Below are positions 1 through 11,959 of a DNA stretch of 34,282 nucleotides, in pieces. The DNA lies in NCBI RefSeq assembly GCF_001194135.2, contig NC_068984.1, positions 53,063,760 through 53,098,041 of the forward strand. The letters run 5' to 3'. Position 1 is the first letter of the stretch. Every line of letters starts with the position of its first letter. The stretch is from Octopus bimaculoides (Eukaryota). The notes under the pieces are model-generated. The model was given only the letters and a program-made list of their open reading frames with translations, had not been told where the DNA came from and searched no databases. A program made the translations under genes and the position numbers.

Positions 1-10
1 TATATATAGA

Positions 11-325
11 TATCATCATTTAATCTCTTGTTCATGCTGGCATGGGTTGGATGGCTTGACCAGAGCTGGCAAGCTGGGGAAATGCACCTGACTCCAGTCT
101 GATTTGGCATGGTTTCTACAGGTGGATGCCCTTCCTAATGCCAACCACTCCAAGAGTGTAATGGGTAGTTTTATGTGGCACCAGTATGGGTGCTAGTTAT
201 GCAACACCAGGTGCTTTTTATGTGTCAGTTTTGTAACAATGGCATTGGCCATGACTATGATTTCACTTAGCTTGACATGTCTTCTCAAGCACAGCATATT
301 GCCAAAGGTCTTGGTCACTAGTCAT
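11..325 (-). mobile_element. RTE-type LINE 3' UTR/tail fragment
   Basis: (cat)n tail, then ttcatgctggcatgggttgga...ggatgcccttcctaatgccaacca. Related short tails recur at about 6590-6645, 7440-7590 and 20150-20250. Confidence 0.6.
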
Positions 326-335
326 ATTACACACA

Positions 336-532
336 CAAAGCATCCTTCACATTATGGAAATATTGCATTCCTGAAAATCTTGCCATAACATGGAATTTCA
401 TAAAGTGAGAGATATTTCCTATTAACTACATTGTTAATGAAAATTAATGGGAAATACTTCCCACTTCATGGAATTCCATATTACAGCAAAATTTTCAAGA
501 ATGCAATACTTCTGTAACTTAAGGGATGCCTG
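336..532. mobile_element. Foldback MITE (pogo/Tigger-like termini) with about 90-bp imperfect inverted arms
   Basis: The left arm caaagcatccttcacattatggaaatattgcattcctgaaaatcttgcc... matches the reverse complement of the right arm (caggcatcccttaagttacagaagtattgcattcttgaaaattttgct...). The right end is followed by TA. Confidence 0.7.
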
Positions 533-789
533 TATACTCATGCATTTATTCATTTCATGTCTATTTTCAATGCTAATTCTAGCTTGGTAGGGAGTTAATT
601 GAGGCACTGCTTTACAGCCAGATGACTTCCTCTAGCTAACCCATTTCTGTCTTTCAAGTACAGGATTTCTTATTCCTGTACTTGAGGAATGTCTTTGATG
701 ATGCAAAGCTAGCAGACAATTTATTGATAGAGGAAATGCCAAGAATGTCATTACTTGTAGCTCAGCAATTTCCAGAGGAACAAATGTAA

Positions 790-965
790 ACACAGACATA
801 CATGAATGAACACACACACATACACACCTCTTTTCAGTTTTTGTCCACCAAATCTAATTTTAAGGCTTTGGTTGGTCTGGAGAGGTGAAAGAGGAAGACA
901 TTTGATCCAGGTGCCACACAGATTGAGCCAAAAACCACATGGTTTGGAAATGACTACCATACTTG
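790..965 (-). mobile_element. tRNA-derived SINE family A, degraded 5' half
   Basis: Reverse-oriented match to the family head (ccacatggtt, gtgccac, aaggctttggt, tttcagttt) seen in the other copies in this window. Confidence 0.6.
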
Positions 966-1216
966 TTCTTTATACATACACATACATAAATATACCAAAT
1001 GTGTGTATAAATAAAACATACATCAAAATTCACTAAGATACTCTCTTTTCCTTTTTTAGCAACATAACTTAGACAATATAAATATTTCTGATTTAATTTC
1101 TTTTTATTTGAAGAGACAATGAAATTATACATAATTTATGAACTTGGTTCTTGTTATCCCAACTGTTTTCTACTTTATTTTTGGGTGATTGTGAAAGAGA
1201 GACAGAATCAATGAAT

Positions 1217-1536
1217 GATGGCACTCCGTTAGTTATGACAACAAGGGTTTCAGTTGATCTGCTCAACAGAACAGCCTGCTCATGAAATTAACATGCATGA
1301 GGCCTGGCACACCACATGTGTACCCTTAACATAGTATTCAAGGAGATTCAGTGTGACAGAGTGTGACAAGGCTGACCCTTTGAAATAGAGGTACTACTCA
1401 TTTTTGTCAGCTGAGTGGCCTGGAGCAATGTGAAATAAAGTGTCTTGCTCAAGGACACAAAAAGCCGCTGGGATTTGAACTCACAACCTTGCAGTCATGA
1501 GCCAAATACCCTAATCACTAAGCCATATGCCTTCAC
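1217..1536 (-). mobile_element. tRNA-derived SINE family B (CORE-like centre)
   Basis: Minus-strand head gtgaaggcatatggcttagtgattagg...gagttcaaatccc (A/B boxes), then gtgtccttgagcaagacacttt (CORE-like). The 3' half is shared with the 16900-17256 copy. Confidence 0.75.
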
Positions 1537-1669
1537 CTATAACGAGTGATACAGGAGTATAAAAAAAAAAAAAAAAGAGTGACAACTAGCAATAAATGAA
1601 ACTTCTAACAACAACTTTTTTACATGTCAAACACAACCACTTATCCAATAGCGTTACAGTTCATCAAAT

Positions 1670-2000
1670 TAAAATCTTATTTTTTGCTGGATTTACTTTG
1701 AGGCCTTTCAATTCTAAGTTTTGTTTCAAAATTTGCAATTTCCTCTCTACATCTTTGACAGAGTCAGCTATGAGAACCAGGTTATTAGGAGTTCCTATGA
1801 ACTATTCTTAGAATTTCTCTGTTTTGGCCTTGAGAGCTATAATAAGCAGATATGGGGCTGATAATCAAGATTTGATGTATACAGCTGGAACAGTAAAATA
1901 TTTGCTAAACTCTTGACTAACACTCACCTTGCTGACAACCCCTCTTTACACTGCTTGTGTAGCTATCACAAGCCATTTGTCTAAGTTCACCAGTATGAGA
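1670..2000 (-). mobile_element. Old RTE-LINE reverse transcriptase fragment
   Basis: Interrupted translation DKWLVIATQAV*RGVVSKVSV...SPYLLIIALKAKTEKF...LVLIADSVKDVERKLQILKQNLELKGLKVNPAKNKILI aligns with the RT at 33487+ ([16 protein letters not shown]...[37 protein letters not shown]). Confidence 0.75.
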
Positions 2001-2367
2001 CTCTGACAGGTTGACAACAAAACAGAGTGGTTTGGTTCTAGCTAAGTATTTCTATAGTTGTCTCACTAAAAAAAAGATGTCTTTTCAAAAATGGTAGGAC
2101 ATATTGGATAACGTAGTTTGAAAAGATGGATGGACATGGTTAGAATCCACTCAATCAGAGCTGACAAAATGTAAACAAATGTTATTACCATACAGTATCA
2201 CAATTATAATTAATGATTCATTTGATCTGCCCTAGCAATATAAATGAAATTCAAAGACTTCTGGGAAATTGCCATATAAATGAGATCACTGGTTTTAATT
2301 TTAAAGTCTAACATGATAACTACCAAGTTGAAATTAGGGATCACTTCATACTGAAGTATATACTCAC

Positions 2368-2393
2368 AAATTCTAGATGGTGATTATAATCAG
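2368..2393 (-). CDS. PROM1-like: Candidate 26-nt prominin exon (phase 1 to 0), encoding (A)DYNHHLEF
   Basis: Minus strand reads cctcattttctcttttttcttcctccttttattatgtcaactttaAG|ctgattataatcaccatctagaattt|GTGAGT. It has a strong pyrimidine tract, the first AG downstream of it, a GTGAGT donor and an open frame. The DY and the phase 1-to-0 change parallel the human PROM1 exon ending KIDYDK (recall). The acceptor is the rarer AAG. Confidence 0.35.
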
Positions 2394-2760
2394 CTTAAAG
2401 TTGACATAATAAAAGGAGGAAGAAAAAAGAGAAAATGAGGTGTATAAATGGAGGAAAACGTTAATGTTCCAGACAAAGTGCTTCATTGGAAAATATTACA
2501 GCTTCGTACAAATAAAGGAGGAATGCTTACTGTAAAATAGAAATCTCTAACAATTCACACAAATTACAAAACCACTTATAGATAGGCAGATGAATTGAGG
2601 AGAGAGAGAGAAAGAGAAACAAACAGAACTTGAATGTTGTAAACAGATTCTTTATGTAAACTGGAGATGTAAGCATAAATAGGTTTTACTAACAGGTAAA
2701 CAAAACAGTAGATGATAATATAGGATTATAATATGTAATAATATAGAAAAATAATGTAAT

Positions 2761-3140
2761 AGGCACAGGCATGGCTGTGTGGTAAGAAGCTAGCTTCTTA
2801 ACCACATGGTTCTGGGCTCAGTCCCACTGTGTGGCACCTTGGGCAAGTGTCTTCCACTACAAACTTGGACTGACCAAAGTTTTGAGAGTGGATTTGGTAG
2901 ACAAAAACTGAAAGAAGCTCGTTGTGTGTATATATACATGTGTGTGTGTCTCTGTTTGTCACTGATTGACAACTAGTGTTAAAGTGTTTATGTCCTCATA
3001 ATCTAGTGGTTCAGCAAAAGATACTGATAAAATAAGTACTTGGCTTAAAAAATAAGTTCTGAGGTCAATTTGTTTAACTAAAACCTTTCAAGGTGGTGCT
3101 CCAGCATGGCTGCAGTCAAATAACTGAAACAAGTAAAAGG
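2761..3140 (+). mobile_element. tRNA-derived SINE family A, full length
   Basis: Head ggcatggctgtgtggtaagaagc...gggctcagtcccactg, central (TA/TG)n, tail cagcatggctgcagtcaaataactgaaacaagtaaaag. Confidence 0.85.
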
Positions 3141-4061
3141 TAATTACTATACAGTATGTTGGAAGACGGTACAGAACCAAACTGTGTCAAAGCTTTATAT
3201 CCAAAAGAGTAAAATACTTGACTTTCAATTCATCAAAGTTTATATATCTTTATGTATTTGCTTTGCAATATTCCTGATATGAAATCGTGTATTGAAACAT
3301 ATTGTTATATTTCAGGATGGTCCCCTTTTCTTTTTCTTTTGCCAAATAAACATGCACACTATATATTAGTTCTTCACTTCAGTTTTATTATTGTTTTTAT
3401 TTTTAGTCAATAGACTAAACAGAACAGGAGACATGTGGGATGAAGAGTCACTGAAGAGGTCACAGGATGTGGTAGGAAAGATTTCAGACAAAGCACATTA
3501 AAATAAGAACAATAATAAAACTGAAGTGAAGGACAAATATACAGTGTTTGTTTATTTAGCAAAAAAAAAAAAAAAAATTACTATCTCTAAATATAACAAA
3601 ATTCATATATTTATCAACAACAAAAGAAAATGAAGCCAATTCAGTTGGTCTTATTCAAGAAGGGAGAAGAAAAATTAGTTGTTAGAACTCTATGTGTGTG
3701 TGTATGTGTATGTGATTATCATCACATTGACAGAGCCTTAGTAGCAGTTTTTTTTATGTCCTGCAGTTTGGCAGTGCCACTTGCAAAGACAGTTGAATAA
3801 AGTACCCTGTTTGAAAACAAGGTTTCATGTCAGAAAGGTTATTCAACCATAGAATACTGTTACAAAATATCTCCTCCAAACTATGGCAGTATGAAAAAAA
3901 AAAATGAACATAAAAATGATGATAATGATAACTATATCGACTGAATATGAAACAGTATCTTCACCAAAATATGGACATAAAACAGTTCTCTCTAGTTGTT
4001 TTCACCTCATTAACAAAAATGTCTAACATAAATATCAGAGTTTTCAATCAGAATTACTTAA

Positions 4062-4285
4062 CCTTTTAGCATTTAAACCAGCCATATCCAGCCCAAATAC
4101 CCTACCCGTTTTATGCTTAAACCGGCCAAATCTGGCCTCTCGCCCCTACACTACAATCTTATTCTCAAGATAGACAATCATAATATCAAAATCTTAAAGC
4201 CACAAGGTAACGCATGGTTAATTGAAAACAATATGGATAAATAAATAAATATTACATTTGACAGACTAATCTGAATGCTAAAAGG
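4062..4285. mobile_element. piggyBac-type MITE (family E)
   Basis: TTAA on both sides (4058-4061, 4286-4289) and perfect 12-bp TIRs CCTTTTAGCATT / AATGCTAAAAGG. An inverted copy lies at 13264-13476. Confidence 0.8.
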
Positions 4286-4972
4286 TTAAACCACATTTTC
4301 ACGGTTGTTTAGCCCCACCCACTGCATGCTCAACACTCTTGATTGAGTAGATCTATAATCAAAAGCATTGCAGTTGTGACTATGCCATTCCTTTTTTTCT
4401 GGACAGTGTATCTAAGGCATATTTATGTCTTTACATCCTTCCATTTTTAAGACAGTATAGTGTAACAAGATTAATTTAGCTGCTATTTCTGGCAGGTTAA
4501 GCAACTTCAGAGGCCCACTCATTTTGTTTTACAGACTTACATAAACTTGCGTATGTCTTCAAAATTCCATTAACATTTTAAAGCAAAAAAGCTTCCTCAA
4601 CATTTATTCTTTGATAAAATGGAACTTGTATCTAAAAGTTAAGTATTTTGTGCAAAAATCCAAGGAAATATTTATTCACTAATTAGTAAAGAATTTTAAT
4701 TATTTCTCAATAATAATTACATTTATAAGCAAAAATATCAAGCAGCGAAATAAGTATCAGATTTTGGAGGGAACAATTTTGACCCAATTAAGAGCTGATA
4801 ATGATAAAAGCCTTGATAAATTACACTTATACTTATCCAGTGTGATAGCATAGGTTGCCTAAAATATTACAATCACAACAGAAATTTTAATATTTTTATG
4901 GTGATTAGAAAACTAAAAAGGAAAACATTTTTCAAAAGTTTCAAATGTCAAAGCAAATAGTAAATACTTTCT

Positions 4973-5351
4973 GCAGGCATTGCTGTGTGGTAAAAAGCTT
5001 ACTTCCCAATCACATGGTTTCAGGTTCAGTCCCAATGCATGAAACCTTGGGCAAGTGTCTTCTACTATAGCACTGGATCAACCAAAGCCTTGTGAAAGGA
5101 TTTGGTTGACAGAAACTGAGAGAAGCCCATTGGATGTGTGCGTGATATCATGTTTGCTCCTCCATATCACTTGACAGTTGATGTTGGTTTGTTTATGTCC
5201 CTATAACTTAGCAGTTTAGCAAAAAATGCCCGATAGAATAAGTACCAGGCTTAAAATTAAGTAGTGGAGTTGATTTGTTTGACTAAACCCTTTAAGGCAG
5301 TGCCCCAGCATGGCCACAGTCTAATGAATAAAACAAGTAAAAGACAAAAGA
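4973..5351 (+). mobile_element. tRNA-derived SINE family A, full length
   Basis: Same head, centre and tail as the 2761-3140 copy. Confidence 0.85.
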
Positions 5352-6259
5352 TACTTAAGAGATATGGTCAACATCTAACACAAAACTTACTAAATCTTCT
5401 TATATTGTATAAATTGGACAATGGAAGACAGTAAAAAAAAAAAACCTTGTGAAGGTTTTTTTTACTGTCAAAATTAATCAAAAGAATGGAACACTTAACT
5501 TTTCACACACAGATTATACTATCAATGATATACCAAAGTCTATTCAGCTGACTTTATAAAAAGAGAGAAATAAACATGGATTTCTGATACACAGAAGAAA
5601 ACTTATTTCTAATACACAAACACACACACACCTAATATTTTCTTTCTCATGAATATAGGAAAGATGATGTATGTTCAATAAATAAATAAAGAGGTAATAG
5701 ATGGGTCACAGAAATAATTCATATCCTGAAATAATTTCCCATTTCCTGCGTTACTTTTTCTCCTGTAAAGTATTTGATGCATACCTAAGTATGTGACATA
5801 CTTTGACAGGATTTTAAATTTGGTCAATAGTTGTATGAAATTTATTCAATTTTTGACAACAGGCAATGTCAAAACTGAAATACTGATCTATAATTGTTTT
5901 AGATGAATATCTGATACAAAATGTCTATATTTGAAAATTTTAAAATATAGCTTAATCTGAGATCTCAGTTATATTTCAAGAAAGATGATTAGAATATTTT
6001 ATATGATTTAAAGTTTTTTTTTTAACATAACACTACAATGGCTCTATTATCAAAGCTCATTACAAAGCTCAATGCAGATGAAATGATGATGAATTTAGGT
6101 ACTAATTAAATAATACTGTAGCTAACATAAATTGAACTAGATCGTGTTTCAGTTAGTGTGAAAAGGAAGGATAATAACCATGGTACAGTATCTTCAGAAT
6201 ATTCTGAACTTGAGTAGGAATAACCAGGTACAGTCAATGCAGAGCATGCTTGGCTATCA

Positions 6260-6518
6260 TCTATCATCTGTTCCCAAACATGAAAAAACACTTGGCTAGG
6301 AATCAATATTGCAGTGACAATGATGTCATATCTGCTATTGATGACTTCTTTTGATCAACAGGATGTAAATTTCTTCACCAATGGGATACAAGCACTACAA
6401 CACCGATGGAAGAAGTGTGTGGATCACAAGGGGGTCTATGTTGAAAGATAAACCTCATTTGGTCACATTCCCGGAGAGTATCTCGGTCAGCCTATAAACT
6501 TTTCAGCTGACCCTCATA
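6260..6518 (+). mobile_element. mariner transposon 3' remnant (transposase C-terminus plus right TIR)
   Basis: YHLFPNMKKHLARNQYCSDNDVISAIDDFF/DQQDVNFFTNGIQALQHRWKKCVDHKGVYVER* (one frameshift, stop at 6449-6451) resembles a mariner C-terminus. It ends in aacttttcagctgaccctcaTA, a TACGAGGG-type TIR in reverse. Confidence 0.8.
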
Positions 6519-6720
6519 AAGCAGACACTGAAGCATGATGCAGTCCTTGCACACATTAGATCCTGTCACACATTAGATCCTGTCAAAACATCCAACCCAT
6601 GGCAGCATGGAATATGGATAAATGATGATGGTGATAATGATGATGATTGGAACCAGGATATAGTACTATGAAAGAAAGACTGGATGGTGAAATTCATTAG
6701 TGAATGTGACAGAAGTATTT

Positions 6721-6928
6721 TTAACCCTTTCATCACCACATTTTAAATGTTAATACTCTGCTCATGTGTTCCAGCTTTGAAAATATTCAAGAATATAAAG
6801 AGATAAATGGTTATATTAAGTTGGTGTTTTGGAGTAAAACTTGAGAAAAGGTTCTTACATAAAATTATGAATTGTTTTGATTCAACTATAAATACCTTTA
6901 GATTAGAGGGTTTTGCATCAAAAGGGGT
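6721..6928. mobile_element. Degraded TTAA-MITE family F
   Basis: Starts TTAACCCTTTC, ends caaaaggggta, and carries the internal ttaagttggtgttttgga motif shared with the 13711, 20854 and 22041 copies. Confidence 0.5.
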
Positions 6929-8775
6929 AGGAGAAGATGATGTAGATCAGCAAGTTCAAAAACACAGAATGATAAAAGAATGGAAGAGAGAGAATAGTAT
7001 TGACTTATGGATTAATTGTAGTGCAATATTCCTAGATGTTTATTAATCAAGTGGATTTCATTTTTTTAAAACAGATTCAGGCTGTTTATATGCATAGTGA
7101 GAAAATTGTGTTGATTATATGAGAAATATACACTTGTTTGTGAAAAGAGTACTTAAAATGCATATGTTCAAATGAATATCTGCCAGTCTCAAAGTCCAAC
7201 TTCAGGCTTTTATAACAATTTTGGTTACATAAAATTTGGTTGTTTTTCATCTTGTGGAGAAAGGTAACCTATTTAACGCTAGAGCTATGATAAAATGCAT
7301 CCAATATTCTCTGTAAAATGGTTGACAAACAAGCAGAGACAATATAGAGTCAGTCTTTAGCTTTATCTTGTCAAGGACATGGTACTTTCTCTAGAGCTGT
7401 TACCATGATAAAATGCCTTCAACACAATTGGTACTAGGAAGGGTACCCAGCCATAAATCATGTCAAAACAGCATATATGAACAAGATGTGGCCTGCAAGC
7501 TTGTTTTGAAAGATTCTGAATCGCAACTGACCTAGATAACAATGACTTGTCCAGCCCTATATCAGCATAGAAAGTGAATGTTTGATAATGATGAAATTTG
7601 TTTCTCTGAATAAGAAATTATCAAAAGTTGTGAGTGTTTTATTAAGGTGTGTGTGATAGTTTTAGTTGGAAATATTTTCTAGCACAGGGGTTTCAGTATT
7701 CGATGTTACTGTAAGTTTTGTCATATTGAATTTTGGAACAAGTGAAGAAGGTAAGTAAATATAGTAGTGCAAATAACAGAAACTTCAGCTGCATTCACCA
7801 CGTTTGGTGAATCAAGCTACAACACATTCAGAAAGTAGTTGAATCAACAAGAGGCCTGAGGTGAAGCTAAAGAAGATAATCTCCGTTAAACACAATCGTG
7901 ACTTATGCAGGAACTCTTAATAGGTGGACACCACAAACAGGCTGATCTTAACAACATTAGCTGCAAAACTGCTTTTGAGAATGTTAACAATTTGGTTGTA
8001 GTCTAGGTAAGTGCTTTATAATTTCATGAGAGATGAATAGCTGTTATGAGAAAGGGTATGAAAATACAGACTTTTGAAATAATATTTAAAGATTAAATAC
8101 GGTTAGAGTTATTAAATAAGAAAACTAATTGTATACTCTGGGTAAATAGTCTACTAAGTATTAAGTGAATAAGAAAGTAAAGAAGAATAAAACTAGCTTT
8201 TCTTCAAATAAAAATGTTAAATAAGAAATTCAAAACTTTGCTGTCGCAATACCACTTTATTTTACTGGGCATAGAAAATTAGATGAAATAACACATCAAC
8301 CCAGCCTGTATTTTCCTACCCAAATATGGACATGTAATTAAAACAAAATATATACTGCCTTAACCTCAACTAAACATCCTATTACTACAATCCATAGGTT
8401 ATCATATAAAAACAACATTAAATGAAATTAAATGCTGCTTAAATAATTATGATGTTAATGTTATCATATCTGATGCATAACATTATTATAACAATTTGAG
8501 ATGTAAAGAATGCAAGAGGAAGCTTCAAGCTGGATGTCTTTCCCAACATTCAAATAATGCATGCCTTTCTTCTGAGCTAAAGCAGAAAATATTACATGAA
8601 CATAGCTGATAACAATATTATAGAAACTGACTATCTACAATCAAAAATATTAGGCTACACAAGCACATATACACAGATCAGTTTGATGTTTTTATAGGCA
8701 GGTTTCTTTCTTTTCTTCTAATACTTATTCAGGTAGTCATCTGACATTAATATGTCTCCTAATGACCATCTAAAT

Positions 8776-8914
8776 CAGTCGTGGGCAAACTAACCCACAG
8801 GACTTTTTGTATGGCACACCAATGGAAAATTACCTTGAAATTTTTAGTAGTGTGCCCCACTTGATAAGCCATGTCTCATGTGACCTGCTTCTCAAAAAAG
8901 GTTACTCATGCTTG
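8776..8914. mobile_element. hAT (Charlie-like) MITE
   Basis: Perfect 8-bp TSD ATCTAAAT (8768-8775, 8915-8922). Imperfect TIRs cagtcgtgggcaaact / aggttactcatgcttg. Confidence 0.8.
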
Positions 8915-9068
8915 ATCTAAATTACTGATTTCTAAACCTTTTTCAGCCCATTACTCCTTTAGCTTTAATTCTTATTCCTAATTTCTTCCTCTGACCCTAA
9001 ATTGCTTCACAAGAAAAGTGCATCATAAAACACAAGAAACAATAAACAAAACAACACATCAGGAATCG

Positions 9069-9413
9069 TTCTTTTACCCTGTGGCCATACTGAGGCACTG
9101 CTTTGCAGGATTTGGTCAAAGAAATTCACCCAAGTACTTATCTTTTTAAGCTTGGTACTTTCTTATTGGCTTAAACAAACCAATACAGGTTGCCAAATGT
9201 TGGAAGCGGAGGGTGAGGGACAAACAAAAACAAACACACATATACATATATGATGGGCTGTCACACACTTTCCATCTACCAAATTCCATCACAAGGCATT
9301 GGTTGGCTCAGGGATATAGCAGAAAACATTTGGTCAAGGTGCTATGCAGTGGGACTGAACCTAAAACCACATGGCTGCAAAGTGAGTTGCCTAACCTCAC
9401 AGCCATGCCTGTA
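9069..9413 (-). mobile_element. tRNA-derived SINE family A
   Basis: Reverse copy ending ...gtgggactgaacc...cacagccatgcctg. Confidence 0.8.
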
Positions 9414-9924
9414 CATATAAAATGTCCTTTAACCATTTGGAAACAGCTCCACATAGGCAATCCCTGATCGAAATGCCACATTGACAATATCTCAGATAAT
9501 ACTAATAGAAAAGTAACAGCTGGCCAACAGATAGAACATTGGTCTACTTAAGCAAAAACGTCAATAGTGTATCTAGGCTAAGGCATGACTCACTACTTAA
9601 GAGTAGATATAGATAAATACAAAGTGAAGTTTCCTGGAGCATAGTACAATCAACAAATGGTTTTTGTTAGCTTGTTCTACAGTATTGATTTTAGTTAGCT
9701 TCCTCAAATAGATAAAGTTTGCACAGCATTTGAAATTCCTCAAGTGCTCAGTTATTTGCTGATGGACATCCCAAATGTATCCCAATTTTTGAAAGAGTCC
9801 CAAAGGACCTATTTTCTGGTGACATAAGATGGGATTTGGACATGGAATGCACAGATGAAAAGCTTGCATAACCAATTTTGAAACTGAGAGAACCAACTGG
9901 AAACCTAGGGGTAGAGGTAAATAG

Positions 9925-10620
9925 GTAGGTCATGCCCTTGCTTGATGGAGTTGGAGTCAATCAAGGTTAGTGGTCCTAGAGACATCATGCATAGAGCTGA
10001 TCAGGTCCACCAGTGCTCTCCATCGCTAGCAGTTCCATGCCAGTCCCTTTGCATCCTTCAAGGTGACGTCAAGCCTCGGGAGATCTCCCTCATTCACATC
10101 CAGCCATCTGGTGCAGGACCTGCAACAAGGCCTCTTACAGCCTACAGTTGCTGCATCAAATGAGAGTAAAACTCTGGTAGGATGATCTAGTGGGGGACAG
10201 AGGACATGTCTATACCAGTGCATGTGATGGATAGCTATGAGGTAGGAGGCTGTGCACACAATTTTTTGTTGGAAACCTGATGGTACCATCTGATGTTCTC
10301 AATAGTTCTCAGGGCTCTGCTATTGAAGCCATCAATTTTCTTTGCCAGGGTCTTCAAGAGGGACCATATTTTTGCTCCATAGAGGAGAATGGAGAGGACT
10401 GAGGCATTGTAAATGTGGAGCTTCATCTTCCAGGAGATAGAGCAGTGGTGCCAGAGGGGCTTCCATAGGAAGTACATGAACCCAGTGGTCAGACCACATC
10501 TGCAATTGACCAAATGAAATTGGTTGGATAATATCCATAGTCTCAATCACACGAGAAAGTGTAATGATGGTTGCTTCTGATAGGGCCCTATGGAGAAGAT
10601 GTCTGAAGAATCTACTTCTC
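9925..10620 (-). mobile_element. RTE-clade LINE 3' fragment (post-RT C-terminus), degenerate
   Basis: MKLHIYNASVLSILLYGAKIWSLLKTLAKKIDGFNSRALRTIENIRW... and WYRHVL...HPTRVLL...GCKRPCCRSCTRWLD...DL...A, in shifted frames (track ORFs 10235..10546 and 10026..10289). This is a typical RTE C-terminal region. Confidence 0.85.
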
Positions 10621-10639
10621 ACAACCCTCCTAGGAATAG

Positions 10640-10870
10640 TGGGTGGTGAGGGTGGCTGGAATGTACAGAGTTGAAGCAGATACTGTAAGGCATCCCATTC
10701 AATGTCTTAACAATTCCATAAATTTTTACACTTGACTGGTATTTCATCAGCCTGAAAGGCTGGAATACAAAGTTAACCACAGTGGGATTTGAACCCAAAG
10801 AGAATTGGACTGGAATAAACATACAAGGTATTCTATTCAATGCTTTGACAACTACCAATTCACCACCCAA
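10640..10870 (-). mobile_element. tRNA-derived SINE family C, degraded
   Basis: Minus-strand gggtggtgaattggtag...gggttcaaatcccactgtggttaactttgtattccagcctttcagg matches the family C core at 26402-26620. Confidence 0.5.
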
Positions 10871-10927
10871 CAGATAGTCGATAAAGCATCAAGAATACAC
10901 AGTAGTATTGTTTTAAATTAAGTGTGG

Positions 10928-11327
10928 CTGCAAGGCATCGGTGTGTGGTAAGAAGCTTGCTTCCCAACCACATGGTTCTGGGTTCAGTCCCACTGCGTGG
11001 AACCTTGGGCAACTGTCTTCTACTATAGCCTCAGGCCGACCAAAGCCTTATGAGAGGATTTGGTAGACAGAAACTGAAAGAAGCCTGTTGTGTGTGTGTG
11101 TGTGTGTGTGTGTGTGTCTTTGTTTGTCTCCCTATCATTGCTTGACAACTGGTGTTGGTGTGTTTTGTGTCCCTGTAACTTAACAGGCTGGTAAAAGAGA
11201 CCAATAGAATAAGTACTAGACTTCAAAAATAAGTCCTGGGATTGATCTGTCCGACTAAAGTTCTTCAAGGTGGTGCTACAACATGGCCACAGTCAAATGA
11301 CTGAGACAAGTAAAAGAATAAAAGAAT
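10928..11327 (+). mobile_element. tRNA-derived SINE family A, full length with (TG)n
   Basis: Complete head and tail with internal (TG)n at about 11089-11117. Confidence 0.85.
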
Positions 11328-11959
11328 ATAAATGAGAACCAATATAAGTATCTGGTAAGAGTTGAACTAATGCCTCCTAGTTGGTACTTTAACCATTAGT
11401 CTGCTTTTACATTATTAGAACTCTCAAGTCACTTGAAATTGTCTGCATACATACTAACTTCAAAAAACAAAAATATTATTCTTCATTTGACCTTTCCTGC
11501 TAACCCCCTAATATAAATGTGAAATTAGTAGGTCTTGTGTTTTAGCACTGAGTCAACCTTAATTGAGTAGATCTATGACCAAAGGCATTCAAATTGTGAC
11601 AGTCCCAACTTTTGTGACAAAGGAATACAGAAGCAAATCCAATGGATGGAAGGATTGTGATTAAAGTAAAAACATATGTTTGATAGAATCTCTACAAATA
11701 ATAACCCTGAGTAATGTATATTTACATGACTTTCACCTACTTCCAAGCAAGGTATAATTTCCACATTGTGAGAGATGTTTTTCCCAGTTCCTGATTAAAA
11801 ACAGCTACTGTTCATTTTTATTCCATCCTACTACAAGTTAATAACAGCCTCCTACTTTTACATTATTTAAACCATATGGGAGGTGAAAATGGCAAAGAAA
11901 GTTGAATATTTCTTTTTTTAATGGTATTAATCAGAAGAGAAAAGACAGCATCCATGACC

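Noticed and set aside
654-685. Perfect 12-bp stem hairpin tcaagtacagga/tcctgtacttga; also a 17-bp tandem duplication at about 6550-6585
   Set aside because: Isolated small features in repeat-derived DNA with no functional context; terminator or CRISPR interpretations do not apply to this eukaryotic locus.
1928-2000. Apparent minus-strand exon ending AAG|GTGAGT (SHTGELRQMACDSYTSSVKRGCQQ)
   Set aside because: It lies within the degenerate RTE RT fragment; another frame matches RT (DKWLVIA...VSKVSV).
4541-4631. Minus-strand AG...GTAAGT-bounded segment of about 90 nt
   Set aside because: Stop codons in all three frames.
6106-6306. 66-aa minus ORF, and a plus-frame ELDRVSVSVKRKDNNHGTVSSEYSELE*
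   Set aside because: No coherent splice sites or recognisable homology; the end overlaps the mariner remnant on the other strand.
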